DNA from: a virus
Direction: 5' to 3' (one strand)
Virus record (IMG/VR): IMGVR_UViG_3300045988_095676
Location: 26,969 to 90,968 of that record
DNA length: 64,000 nucleotides
The notes under the pieces were generated by a model. The model was not told the origin of the DNA, searched no databases, and worked only from the letters and a program-made list of their open reading frames with translations. Positions 24,717-34,305 of the stretch are shown piece by piece. The translations under genes were made by a program, and so were the position numbers. How positions within the stretch are numbered: position 1 is the stretch's first letter; each line of letters opens with the position of its first letter.

Positions 24717-25451
24717 ATGGAATATAAAATGGTAACAATCCCGTTTGATTTAGAAACGGCGAAAAAAATAAACATAGGGGAAAGAGTAGGTCAGATTGTG
24801 ACAGAGAAAGGACGAAATAGAGCAGAAATAGTATATGAAGACAATTCGTCAATTTGTCCGTTATTGGTTGTAATTCATTCTATTTCTGTATCGGCAGATT
24901 GGTTTTCTGCTACAGGAAAAGCATTTAGCAGCGAAAATCGCCTCCTTCTTGAAGTCCCGGAATATACTACATTTAAAGATGGAGATGTGTTAAGCAGCAA
25001 AGATGGAAGTTATATTTTTATTTTAAATACGCATGGGAAATATTTAACATCTTTTTATGCGAGTCTTGCAGCGGGAAAAAGTCTTAATATATCGGATAAT
25101 TTGGCTGCACACGAAAACCACATAGAATGTTATAGACTTGCAACAGATTCGGAAAAACAGAAGATGATTAAAGCGTTAAAGAAAAGCAAAAATCCTAAAG
25201 CAAAAGAATATCTAAAACGCTTCTTCGGAATTGAAGAAAGGACGAAATATGAGTTTAAGCCGTTTGACAAAGTGTTAGCAAAATATTATGAGGACGATAA
25301 TTGGGAGGCCAGTTTATTCATAAGAACAATTACAGACGATCAGGATGGGGAGATTAAATATGAATGCTTGAATGGAACAGTGTATGTTTATTGCATTCCT
25401 TTTGAGGGCAATGAATATCTTTTAGGAACTGCTGAAAATCCAGAAAAATGA
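24717..25451 (+). CDS. hypothetical protein, paralog 2 of a tandem pair
   Basis: ORF track. See paralog 1. Confidence 0.7.
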   Translation: MEYKMVTIPFDLETAKKINIGERVGQIVTEKGRNRAEIVYEDNSSICPLLVVIHSISVSADWFSATGKAFSSENRLLLEVPEYTTFKDGDVLSSKDGSYIFILNTHGKYLTSFYASLAAGKSLNISDNLAAHENHIECYRLATDSEKQKMIKALKKSKNPKAKEYLKRFFGIEERTKYEFKPFDKVLAKYYEDDNWEASLFIRTITDDQDGEIKYECLNGTVYVYCIPFEGNEYLLGTAENPEK

Positions 25452-25642
25452 AAACGGTAAAATTATCTGATTTTTCTCCTTATGACAGAAACAAAGGAGG
25501 AATACAAGAATTGCATCATAAAATTGAGCCTAAAACACTTCAGTATTGGGGCGAAGATAGTGGTATTCTGATCGGCATCACTCCGATATATAAGAGACAT
25601 TTGTGGGGCGAAGAAGTAAATGTTATAAATGATAAACAATAA
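25448..25642 (+). CDS. hypothetical protein
   Basis: ORF track, ATGA overlap. Confidence 0.55.
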   Translation: MKTVKLSDFSPYDRNKGGIQELHHKIEPKTLQYWGEDSGILIGITPIYKRHLWGEEVNVINDKQ

Positions 25643-25644
25643 AT

Positions 25645-25944
25645 ATGAAAACAAGAACATACGAAGGGGTGCAGCATGGAGACTGGGTGAGATGTACTCA
25701 ATGTGGAGTACAAATGCTTCTTCCACGTGGAGCTGACCAATGTCCAGAATGTTATGGATACGACACGTTGGTGTGGGTAGATGAAGATAGGCAAGAAATG
25801 GACACTAAGCATCTGGATTGCCTTGCTCCAATGCGCAAATTGGAGCTACAAGAATATTTGTCTCAAGATGTTTTGGCGATAGAGCATAGCGAATATTATA
25901 AACAATTGATAGGGGAGGATGAATGGTGTGAAGAAGAAATATAA
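25645..25944 (+). CDS. zinc-ribbon hypothetical protein
   Basis: ORF track, CTQCG...CPEC. Confidence 0.6.
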   Translation: MKTRTYEGVQHGDWVRCTQCGVQMLLPRGADQCPECYGYDTLVWVDEDRQEMDTKHLDCLAPMRKLELQEYLSQDVLAIEHSEYYKQLIGEDEWCEEEI

Positions 25945-25978
25945 TAAAGAGTATCATTATTAAAACAATAGAGAAATT

Positions 25979-26233
25979 ATGAACGAGGATATTTTAAGCA
26001 ATATGTTTGGGTGTGATACATATTGCATATGTGACAGTTCTTCAAATAGGTACTGTTTTATTGGGCCTATTGAATGTAACGGGAAGTTAATAGAAGAGTT
26101 TAGGAAGGGAATAATAGTAAAATTGAAACATGTGGAAAAGAGGGTTCTGGATACATTCAAAGAAAATGGGGTTGATCTGGATAACTATACCCACTGTGTT
26201 ATAGTAAAGCGGAATTTTTATCTCGCTTGGTGA
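25979..26233 (+). CDS. hypothetical protein
   Basis: ORF track. Confidence 0.55.
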   Translation: MNEDILSNMFGCDTYCICDSSSNRYCFIGPIECNGKLIEEFRKGIIVKLKHVEKRVLDTFKENGVDLDNYTHCVIVKRNFYLAW

Positions 26234-26251
26234 CAGTAAAATACAAACAAT

Positions 26252-26863
26252 ATGAACAATTTTATAATAGATACTCCAGATAATTTCTGGCAAATAAGAT
26301 GGCTTGACAAATATATGGAAGGTCACAAGGGGTTCATAGCTGGTGGATGTTTTAAGAATATCCTTTCCGGAGAAAAAGTAAAAGATATTGATATTTTCTT
26401 TGAAAGCGAAGACGATTTTCAGGAAGCTGTTGATTTGTTCAATGATGAAAAACATCAGAAAGAAGGATGGAAATTTAAGTACAGGAATGAGAAGGTATGT
26501 GCGTTCCATAAAGAGGGAGAAAGGGTATGGATAGAGTTCATAGAGTCAGAGTTCGGAAAGCCTGAAGAGATTCTCAGGAGCTTCGACTTTACTGTGGCAA
26601 AAATGGCTTACTACAAGGAGCCTAAATACGAAGAAGAGGAAGATGATTATTTTCCATTCTCATCTGCAAGTATAGTAGCATACGAGTACAAACTACTCTA
26701 CCATGAGAAATTCTTTGAACATCTTCATATGAAGAGGCTGGTCATTGATGAAAATATTCCTTTTCCAGTAAGCACATGGGAACGCTCATATCGGTATAAA
26801 GGATATGGTTACAATATGTGCCGGGAGACAAAGAAAAACTTCTACAGGCTCTTAAAGGTGTAA
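26252..26863 (+). CDS. Pol-beta superfamily nucleotidyltransferase, CCA-adding/poly(A)-polymerase head-domain-like
   Basis: IAGGCFKNILSGEKVKDIDIFF fits the GG-x-x-[RK]-[DN]-x-L-x-G...DxD signature of tRNA nucleotidyltransferase/PolyA_pol heads. At 203 aa it is only a minimal enzyme. Confidence 0.55.
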   Translation: MNNFIIDTPDNFWQIRWLDKYMEGHKGFIAGGCFKNILSGEKVKDIDIFFESEDDFQEAVDLFNDEKHQKEGWKFKYRNEKVCAFHKEGERVWIEFIESEFGKPEEILRSFDFTVAKMAYYKEPKYEEEEDDYFPFSSASIVAYEYKLLYHEKFFEHLHMKRLVIDENIPFPVSTWERSYRYKGYGYNMCRETKKNFYRLLKV

Positions 26864-26903
26864 ATGTAGAGGAGGAAGATGTTTCTTTGTATGCTACTGG
26901 AGG

Positions 26904-27371
26904 ATGGGATTAACCTATAAAACAAAATTGCTTATGAAAACATTAGAACAACTTAAAGAATTAACATCAAAATGTTTAGACGGTAGAGATTTTAACAGAC
27001 TGGCTAAATTTGTTCCATATAGCATGATAAAGGATTTCGGTATGGAGCCGAATGAAGAATATGACAACGAGGAAAAGTGGAACAGTACTGTAGTTGAATT
27101 TACCAGAGAAAATGTCCTGAAACAGCTTGAAGAAGACGTAAGATTCGGTTTTGAAAAGGCATTAAATCAGAGAGGAATATCAGCCAGTTTGATGTTTGAA
27201 TGTGTGATGATGTGGAACTACATTCTGGAAGAAGGTCTTGAAGGCTGGGGTGAGGATGATTATGCATTTTATGGACTCCCTCTATTTAAAGCTACGGCTG
27301 TAAAATATGGATGGGACAATCCGATAGGGGAAGACAGCGGGAGAGAAAGAAAATATGATTCACAATATTAA
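26904..27371 (+). CDS. hypothetical protein
   Basis: ORF track. An alternative ATG at 26934 is possible. Confidence 0.6.
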   Translation: MGLTYKTKLLMKTLEQLKELTSKCLDGRDFNRLAKFVPYSMIKDFGMEPNEEYDNEEKWNSTVVEFTRENVLKQLEEDVRFGFEKALNQRGISASLMFECVMMWNYILEEGLEGWGEDDYAFYGLPLFKATAVKYGWDNPIGEDSGRERKYDSQY

Positions 27372-27382
27372 ATCGGTATATT

Positions 27383-28237
27383 ATGAGCACAAGTAAAGAA
27401 TACAAGGCAGTAAGGAACTATATATTAAATGAACTTCACCTTACCAAAGAAGATATAATCAAAAACATAGAGCTGTTATTAGAGAAACACGTAAAACGGT
27501 ACATGGTTAATACATATGGAGGTGACAACCAGATAGAAAACTGGATCAGATGCATGGTGAATGATGAACTCAAACAAAGAGATCATGATTTTGTAAGAAG
27601 AGCATGCGAGAGCGTCATCAGGGATCATGTATTAAATGAGTTGAATATAATCGTAAGATCCAAAAGTGAGAAATGTACATGTGAAAACAGAGTACCATCC
27701 GAAGAGGATAAGAAAGAGTCAACTGACGGACTGTATATAATCTACAAAGATGGACATGCAGAGCCGTTTACCGGCGATAACTCCAAAGATTGTGTACGAT
27801 ACATTGGGTTGAAGCACAGATACATGTCATTTGCAATCTCACTGACGGAACATGATATCGTACAATTGCTTGACGATGATAGCCGTGAAGAATCCGGAAG
27901 TGGGACATATTACGAACGTGAATGTGATGCGCTGTTTGACATTGACGGACGCGGCAATACGGAACGCCTTGTAGCCAGAAATCCAAAATTGAGAAATCTG
28001 CTGGAAGATGGCGAGTATATACCATCTCTTGGTCAATTAAATTTAATGGCCCATTATATGGACGAACTAAACAAAGCATTCACTTATGTTTCGGCATCTC
28101 CCCTCTCCTCGACGTGGTATTGGTCCAGCACTGAGAGCAGCCAGGCCGTCGCGTGGTACGTGGTCTTCTCCAGTGGCCTCACGGGCACCGGCAACAAGCA
28201 CATCGGAGACATGGTTCGGACGGTAATTGATTTTTAA
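27383..28237 (+). CDS. DUF1566 (Lcl C-terminal-like) domain protein
   Basis: C-terminal IPSLGQLNLM...YWSSTESSQAVAWYVVFSSG...VRTV matches the DUF1566 pattern. The last ~125 nt are strikingly GC-rich. Confidence 0.6.
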   Translation: MSTSKEYKAVRNYILNELHLTKEDIIKNIELLLEKHVKRYMVNTYGGDNQIENWIRCMVNDELKQRDHDFVRRACESVIRDHVLNELNIIVRSKSEKCTCENRVPSEEDKKESTDGLYIIYKDGHAEPFTGDNSKDCVRYIGLKHRYMSFAISLTEHDIVQLLDDDSREESGSGTYYERECDALFDIDGRGNTERLVARNPKLRNLLEDGEYIPSLGQLNLMAHYMDELNKAFTYVSASPLSSTWYWSSTESSQAVAWYVVFSSGLTGTGNKHIGDMVRTVIDF

Positions 28238-28248
28238 AAAGGATTACA

Positions 28249-29046
28249 ATGATAACATCAGTAAAAATAAAAGACAATACAAAAACTCCATTTGAATATG
28301 TTTCGGATATAGAAGCATTTGAAAATGGCAGAGAATTTATTTTCAAGTCAGGAGTGAATGTAATTATAGGTAAAAACGGTAGTGGAAAGTCAACTTTGCT
28401 TAACATCATATCAATGTATATGTTATGCGAGAAATCCATGTGCTCTGAAATGCCGACCGAGGCACTGGATTTTCCACCTATATTTGATGACGATGATAAG
28501 GTTTTTGATGGGATTGACATATCATCCGATTATGCAGGGAAAGTATTCCGTTTATTGCCATCGGCGGAGATGAATCGAGATAGCGTATTGAAAAACATCA
28601 GCAATTTCGATTTGTATGTGAATAATATTCGAAGATCTTATGGAGAGAAAGTGGTGTTATCATTGGAATCACTCTTCAATTTAATGTTCGGTCAAAAGGA
28701 TTATACATTTCCAATACAAGATCTTGTAGAATACAAGAAAAAATCAAATGCGTTTTGGATTAAAAGAATTGATAACCTGTTGAAGTATTATGGAAGAAAC
28801 CGCATAACATTAACAGAAAGCAGTTTTGAATACACGGTTCTCATGGATGAGCCAGATAGGAATCTTGACATTGACAACGTAATGCAAATTTATAATGTAT
28901 TGTCATTCCATAAACCACAAACGCAAATTATAGCCATAGTACACAATCCGGCATTGATTTACAAGTTAAGCAAATTAGATTGTGTGAATTTCATAGAGAT
29001 GACAGAAGGATATCTAAACAAAATTAGCATATTTGCATCTAATTAA
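28249..29046 (+). CDS. stand-alone ABC/SMC-type ATPase
   Basis: Walker A GKNGSGKST, signature-like SYGEK, Walker B VLMDEPDRNLD, H-loop IAIVHN. Confidence 0.7.
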   Translation: MITSVKIKDNTKTPFEYVSDIEAFENGREFIFKSGVNVIIGKNGSGKSTLLNIISMYMLCEKSMCSEMPTEALDFPPIFDDDDKVFDGIDISSDYAGKVFRLLPSAEMNRDSVLKNISNFDLYVNNIRRSYGEKVVLSLESLFNLMFGQKDYTFPIQDLVEYKKKSNAFWIKRIDNLLKYYGRNRITLTESSFEYTVLMDEPDRNLDIDNVMQIYNVLSFHKPQTQIIAIVHNPALIYKLSKLDCVNFIEMTEGYLNKISIFASN

Positions 29047-29087
29047 TTGAAGTAATTATATACCATTTTTTTTATAAACTTATCACA

Positions 29088-29471
29088 ATGAGCTATTTTA
29101 TATTAATGGGAAGAAGAATCCCCAAGCAAGCCATAACAGGCTTCAAATTTCAAAATGAAACAGATAACATTCGTCCTTTCTTGTCAATCAGGATAAGGGG
29201 AAAGGACGAAATTATACCTTTCAAAGATAAAAAGGAGATACAGTCTGTAAAAGCGCATCTGTGTTCTATCTTTTCTGGGTTTGTAAAAATAGGTGACTGG
29301 TATCTCAAGATGTCGGAAGTTAAGGAATATAAGCCGGTGACTGCCGAAGACATGAATCCTTACATCTTATTCAAGACATCTAAGTTCGGAAACATAAAAG
29401 TTCGTTTTCCGAAAGATGAAGATATGGATGCCGAATTATTGGTGTTAGATCAGCTTTTTGATGTAGAATAA
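29088..29471 (+). CDS. hypothetical protein
   Basis: ORF track. Confidence 0.6.
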   Translation: MSYFILMGRRIPKQAITGFKFQNETDNIRPFLSIRIRGKDEIIPFKDKKEIQSVKAHLCSIFSGFVKIGDWYLKMSEVKEYKPVTAEDMNPYILFKTSKFGNIKVRFPKDEDMDAELLVLDQLFDVE

Positions 29472-29495
29472 ACTATTAATCATCTTTTGAAAATC

Positions 29496-29747
29496 ATGAC
29501 TTGGAAAGAATTGAAAGACAAAATATCTCTTATGACAGAAGAAGAGCAACGACAAGAAGTTGCAGTATGGGGAGAAAATATGAATCTAATGAAAGATTGT
29601 TCCTTGGAAAAAACAAACGAGGATATGTACTACAACTCTGAATGGGATTATACTCTTGAAGAGAGCGAATTGGAACCGGAAGACAAGAATGACCCTGATG
29701 TACATAAGGTATATGAAGCAGGAATGCATTATATTTATTCGAATTGA
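29496..29747 (+). CDS. acidic hypothetical protein
   Basis: ATG 29496 inside ORF 29487..29747. Confidence 0.6.
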   Translation: MTWKELKDKISLMTEEEQRQEVAVWGENMNLMKDCSLEKTNEDMYYNSEWDYTLEESELEPEDKNDPDVHKVYEAGMHYIYSN

Positions 29748-29767
29748 TATTAAAACAAACTAAAGAT

Positions 29768-30079
29768 ATGAAACCGATATTAAACATAGAAGACATCCAC
29801 AAATTGAAGATGGATGAAAAGTTAATTGAATGTATAGCAGGGAAAGTGAATTATTACAGATTCTTGTGTTTTCATCCGAGAAATTCCAATTTTGTGATTT
29901 TACTAAATCATTGTGAAGAACCTGTACGGTTTTATTATAATAGCCTGATAGACAGATTTTTTACGGATTATACGCAACGTGATATTATCACCTATCGTAA
30001 GGAATACGCCTTAAAGGAAATAAAGGAATTTGAACAAGTATTATCTGAATTAGAAGGTAAGGATAATTTAGAAGATTAA
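29768..30079 (+). CDS. hypothetical protein
   Basis: ATG 29768 inside ORF 29744..30079. Confidence 0.6.
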   Translation: MKPILNIEDIHKLKMDEKLIECIAGKVNYYRFLCFHPRNSNFVILLNHCEEPVRFYYNSLIDRFFTDYTQRDIITYRKEYALKEIKEFEQVLSELEGKDNLED

Positions 30080-30103
30080 ATAACAACTAAAAAGAACTAA
30101 GTC

Positions 30104-30304
30104 ATGGATAACGAGTATGTCTACTACAATAAACTAATACCTAAAGAGCCTATTTTTGTGGATGAAATAGAAGCCAGCCTCCCGATGTGGGAAAATAGAC
30201 CGCCAGCATGTAAAGGTTCTTCTTGCAAATCCGGAAGAAGCGAAAAACAGATCAAGAAAGATCGTAAGAAGAAGAAAATGAATAAACGTAATCGTAAAAA
30301 ATAA
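30104..30304 (+). CDS. small protein with highly basic tail
   Basis: ORF track. Confidence 0.55.
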   Translation: MDNEYVYYNKLIPKEPIFVDEIEASLPMWENRPPACKGSSCKSGRSEKQIKKDRKKKKMNKRNRKK

Positions 30305-30756
30305 GTGAGCTATGACAGCCGAGAAGTTTAAATCTATTTGCAAAGAGAAAAGAGAAAGGAATAACTTGGAATGATCTTGTCCGCATTAGGGTTATCAAAC
30401 CAAAGAAATTTCTCGGATTCTTTAGGCAATTAACAGGTATAACAATCGAAGGTGCATTCAATAGATGTTCTGCTTGTGTTGAAATAATGACTGATGATGA
30501 CAACGGTGTTTCAATGATGCACTATATTGATTACGAAAATATTATAGGAGTTGAATTAATTAAAAATTAAAAATAATTGAGTGAACAGTTTGCAAAAATC
30601 AGTACGAATGCGTTGTTAGGATTATCAACATCCGCCACATAAGAACCATCTAATCCCGTAAATATCGTGATGCGTTGGTAGTATGTGTACAGATAGCAAG
30701 CAGGCGTTGGGATAAAGCATTTGGCAAACATTCACTCTAAATAAGAAATAGTAGAT

Positions 30757-31212
30757 ATGAATACAGAATTTGAAAACATGGCTTTGCTGAATATAGAAGA
30801 CTACAATGAGCTTAAAGCTAAAGCCGAAGCAACAGATGAGCAGATAAAGAAACAAGCCGAAGAAATGGCTAAGCCTGAAGTTGTCACATTGAAAGTGTGC
30901 TTTGACACATATGGATTATTATACAGGCCAAATACTTGTGTTGATGTTGAAATACCATTCTATGATGATGAAAAAATCAGAGATATGCTTAACAAAGCAA
31001 GTGCTGATATAATGAAATGGTGCGACAAAAATATGGTAAAATACAACAAAGAACTCAAAGAATCCAAATCTACAAAAAAACATTGCGAAGGACTAAGAAA
31101 GCATATCGCAAATCTCGAAAGGCGCCTCTTAAAGCATGCATTGGCAAACGTTATTTTATCTATTATATCAGTTGCGGCTATAATTGCTCTTTTCACATTA
31201 ATTCAAAACTAA
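30757..31212 (+). CDS. tail-anchored membrane protein, coiled-coil
   Basis: ORF track. C-terminal hydrophobic helix VILSIISVAAIIALFTLI. Confidence 0.6.
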   Translation: MNTEFENMALLNIEDYNELKAKAEATDEQIKKQAEEMAKPEVVTLKVCFDTYGLLYRPNTCVDVEIPFYDDEKIRDMLNKASADIMKWCDKNMVKYNKELKESKSTKKHCEGLRKHIANLERRLLKHALANVILSIISVAAIIALFTLIQN

Positions 31213-31218
31213 ATAGAC

Positions 31219-31479
31219 ATGGAACAAGAATATGCTATTCCTCTTTTTAAAGCTGGTGCAGAGTGGCGCATTAACAGCGTGTGGCATTCTATAACAGTAA
31301 TTCCAGATTGCCACCGTTTTATTGTGTTTCTCCCTAAGAAATCAACAATAGGATCAAAGAATCCAATTATGGGTATATTGGAAGAGAACAAAACTTTTAT
31401 ATCCAGCCGTCCAGGATGTATTTTATGCAGATTAGATGAAATGGAATCATGGGCTTATTTGGATGATCTATTACCTTAG
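31219..31479 (+). CDS. hypothetical protein
   Basis: ORF track. Confidence 0.6.
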   Translation: MEQEYAIPLFKAGAEWRINSVWHSITVIPDCHRFIVFLPKKSTIGSKNPIMGILEENKTFISSRPGCILCRLDEMESWAYLDDLLP

Positions 31480-31512
31480 GTAATTATATACTCAATTTTA
31501 AAAGTTAGAATT

Positions 31513-31761
31513 ATGAAAAAATATTTAACAGACAAAGAAAAAGAGGAAAGAATGAATTACCTTACCATTCATAAATGTAAAAACGAGGATGAACGTAAAG
31601 AGTTAAAAGAATTATGTGATTGGTATTTTAAGGATACTCCTGTGTTAACTATGTCTTTTTCTTTAACAGAAGAAGATCTTCGGGTAACAATGGAAAGGGA
31701 CGTGGAGTTGTCGGCGGTAGCCGGAGCGGTAAAGAATCAACACCATAAGAAGAAAATTTGA
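31513..31761 (+). CDS. hypothetical protein
   Basis: ORF track. Confidence 0.6.
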   Translation: MKKYLTDKEKEERMNYLTIHKCKNEDERKELKELCDWYFKDTPVLTMSFSLTEEDLRVTMERDVELSAVAGAVKNQHHKKKI

Positions 31762-31767
31762 AAGGTT

Positions 31768-31983
31768 ATGACCGACAGAGAACTTCTTGAAGAAAACAAT
31801 AAGATGTTAAAGGAAATTCTAAGTTTTGTGAGAAAAGTTGATTCTGCTGAATACAGGGATCATCAAGACTTTATGGAATTTCTTAGAAATGTAGCAGCCG
31901 ATATATGGGTGGAATATACGGAGCCCGAACAAAGAGGTAGATTGTTTAATTTAATGAATAAAAGAAATGAAAACAGTTTTTGA
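31768..31983 (+). CDS. hypothetical protein
   Basis: ORF track. Confidence 0.55.
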   Translation: MTDRELLEENNKMLKEILSFVRKVDSAEYRDHQDFMEFLRNVAADIWVEYTEPEQRGRLFNLMNKRNENSF

Positions 31984-32635
31984 TTTAAGCAGAGATGAGA
32001 TTGTGGCATTGACAGACGAAGAGATAAGTCTGTATATAGACAAAGAGCTTGCTGGTAAGGGTATTCCAATTGAAGCTAAAAATTGGAATATAAAGAACGA
32101 AAAGGAAGTTGTGTACCCGGATTGCGGGGTTCCGATATTTGTTATTAAAGACATAGGTGTAGGATTTAGAAAGATAGAGGACGCTACAGAGGTGGTGAAT
32201 TTACTGGTCAGGTCCAGGGCTTTTAAGGTGGGTTCAAAGTATTTAAACCGATCTTATGAGAGGTTAAACGTCATAAACGAGGGCGTCGTGCCGGCAGTAG
32301 AGGGTTGCGTAGGATACACCAATGAAGAATTTGAAAGAGTTAACAAAGAAAACAATGATCCTGAATCAGCAAAAATAGGATCATTTAATAAGACAGTAGA
32401 GGAAGCCAACAACATAAGAAGCCGAGTGTTGAAATACGTGGACAAGATAAAACAGGAGCGTGCGTACAACATCGACCTTTGCATGACTTTCGAGAGATAT
32501 ATTGAGATAGCAGATAAAGATGCGGAGCGGGCTATGGCTTTCTTGAAAGAAGCCTACCCGTTTAATGAAGAAACAGAAGTCTTTATCAGGAAAAGATACA
32601 ATATGTCTATCGATGTTAACCCAGAAGAAAATTAA
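31967..32635 (+). CDS. hypothetical protein
   Basis: ORF track. Confidence 0.65.
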   Translation: MKTVFDLSRDEIVALTDEEISLYIDKELAGKGIPIEAKNWNIKNEKEVVYPDCGVPIFVIKDIGVGFRKIEDATEVVNLLVRSRAFKVGSKYLNRSYERLNVINEGVVPAVEGCVGYTNEEFERVNKENNDPESAKIGSFNKTVEEANNIRSRVLKYVDKIKQERAYNIDLCMTFERYIEIADKDAERAMAFLKEAYPFNEETEVFIRKRYNMSIDVNPEEN

Positions 32636-32703
32636 TTTATATTAAATCATTTTGTTTCTTATTAAGCAACAAAAGACATATCTTTGTCCGAAAAATAAGA
32701 AAC

Positions 32704-32964
32704 ATGAAAGAGGAAGAAGAAAAGATTAAAGAGGCTATGACTGAAGCCCTGATACATTTAGAAGGTTGCAAATATTTTGTGGCCACGATAGTAAACGAAG
32801 AAGAATGTAGGTTTGATATGAGTCAGCGTATGTCTCCTCGTCAACTGGCTTTGGTTATAAAAGGTGTATTATCAAATAATAATATGATGATGATGGATGT
32901 ACTACAATGGTGCTCAGCCAGGCTTCAAACAGAAATAGAAAAAGGAAAGAAATCAACTAATTAA
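32704..32964 (+). CDS. hypothetical protein
   Basis: ORF track. Confidence 0.6.
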   Translation: MKEEEEKIKEAMTEALIHLEGCKYFVATIVNEEECRFDMSQRMSPRQLALVIKGVLSNNNMMMMDVLQWCSARLQTEIEKGKKSTN

Positions 32965-32975
32965 ATATTAATACA

Positions 32976-33446
32976 ATGAATCGCTGGTTTGAAATTACGG
33001 TAAAAGCCGAGATTGATAATATCGAGAACGGCAAAAAAAAGAAAGTAACTGAAAAGTATTTAGTGGATGCCTTGTCTTACACAGAGGCAGAATCAAGATC
33101 GTTGGAGATCTTCAAGGATTTGTACAATTCTTTCGAGGTTGTAAAAATTAATCCTATTAAAGTGTCGGAAATCTTCTTCAACGGAGAAGCTGAGTACTGG
33201 TATAAGTGTAAGGTGAATTACATTACACTGGATGAAAAGAAAGGTAAAGAAAAGAAAACTCCATGCTATATGTATATCCAGGCCGGAAATCCTAAGGATG
33301 CCGAAGCTGTGTTGACTAAAGGTATGCAGGGTACGTTAGGAGACTGGAATTGCGAGTCTATTGTGGAAACGAAAATCATTGAAGTGTTTAAATACGATCT
33401 TCAGAAGGGAGCTGAAAAATTAGGCGAGAAGAAGAGTGAAGAGTAA
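32976..33446 (+). CDS. hypothetical protein
   Basis: ORF track. Confidence 0.65.
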   Translation: MNRWFEITVKAEIDNIENGKKKKVTEKYLVDALSYTEAESRSLEIFKDLYNSFEVVKINPIKVSEIFFNGEAEYWYKCKVNYITLDEKKGKEKKTPCYMYIQAGNPKDAEAVLTKGMQGTLGDWNCESIVETKIIEVFKYDLQKGAEKLGEKKSEE

Positions 33447-33675
33447 GGCTGATGTAGTTTCCAACATAGCGCTTGTTGTGGCGATAATATCATTGCTTTC
33501 AGCAGGCGCTTTCCTTCTGATAGTGATTAAGACAGACGAGGTATCTAAATTATTAATGAACGTACCTTATCTACTGGCTTCAGCGGGATTGTTCTTTTCA
33601 ATAATATCATTATTATTCGAATGGAAAGCAAGGAAAAGAAGCTATACGTCTGCGAACGATGTGGACGAAAAGTGA
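33436..33675 (+). CDS. small membrane protein (two TM helices)
   Basis: ORF track (GTG start). Hydrophobic segments IALVVAIISLLSAGAFLLIVI and LLASAGLFFSIISLLF. Confidence 0.5.
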   Translation: MKSKADVVSNIALVVAIISLLSAGAFLLIVIKTDEVSKLLMNVPYLLASAGLFFSIISLLFEWKARKRSYTSANDVDEK

Positions 33676-34145
33676 TGATAAGAAGTCATGGCTTATGCCA
33701 GGCTTGCAGGAGCAAAGAGTTGACTCCGAAGAAAAAAAACAGAATTACATCCATTAAAAACAGCAGCAAGAAGAAAAAGTTAGAGAACCCGGATTTATCC
33801 GGGTTTTTTCGTCTTATGTTGGAGGAGTTGAGTACTATTCGAATGTCTATGACTGGTAAAGCTATTCATTTTCCTACAGTATGTAACGTCTGTCACATAC
33901 TTCCGAAAAGGTTATATAAGTCGGTTGCCACTTGCAGGGATAATATAGTTTTCCTTCATGAATCAGAGCATACGGTATTCGACATGTATCTTGACCGGAT
34001 GGAATTTGATAAACTTGAAACAGAATTTCCTTTTGTGTGGAAGTATGCGGTAAAGAAGGTGCTGGATATGGAAAGCAGGGGAATGATTAAAGAAAGAGGT
34101 AGATTAATTATTGAAATAATTGACAGATATGAGAAAACTTTATAA
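33621..34145 (+). CDS. zinc-ribbon protein, possible HNH/NinG-like nuclease
   Basis: CERCG...CQAC ribbon plus CNVCHILPKR...N...EH pattern. The functional call is weak. Confidence 0.4.
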   Translation: MESKEKKLYVCERCGRKVMIRSHGLCQACRSKELTPKKKNRITSIKNSSKKKKLENPDLSGFFRLMLEELSTIRMSMTGKAIHFPTVCNVCHILPKRLYKSVATCRDNIVFLHESEHTVFDMYLDRMEFDKLETEFPFVWKYAVKKVLDMESRGMIKERGRLIIEIIDRYEKTL

Positions 34146-34305
34146 AATAAGAATAGAAGCTGACGATGAAACTATCTTTTATGCTCACATACAGAGAGAA
34201 AGTTATGGTAAGGATATAGCTATCGCAGTGAAAGATAGAGATAAAGATGAAGTGGAAACAGTGTTACATTGTATTAAAGAAGAATTGATTAGAGGAAGAT
34301 CATGA
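34120..34305 (+). CDS. hypothetical protein
   Basis: ORF track. Confidence 0.5.
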   Translation: MTDMRKLYKIRIEADDETIFYAHIQRESYGKDIAIAVKDRDKDEVETVLHCIKEELIRGRS

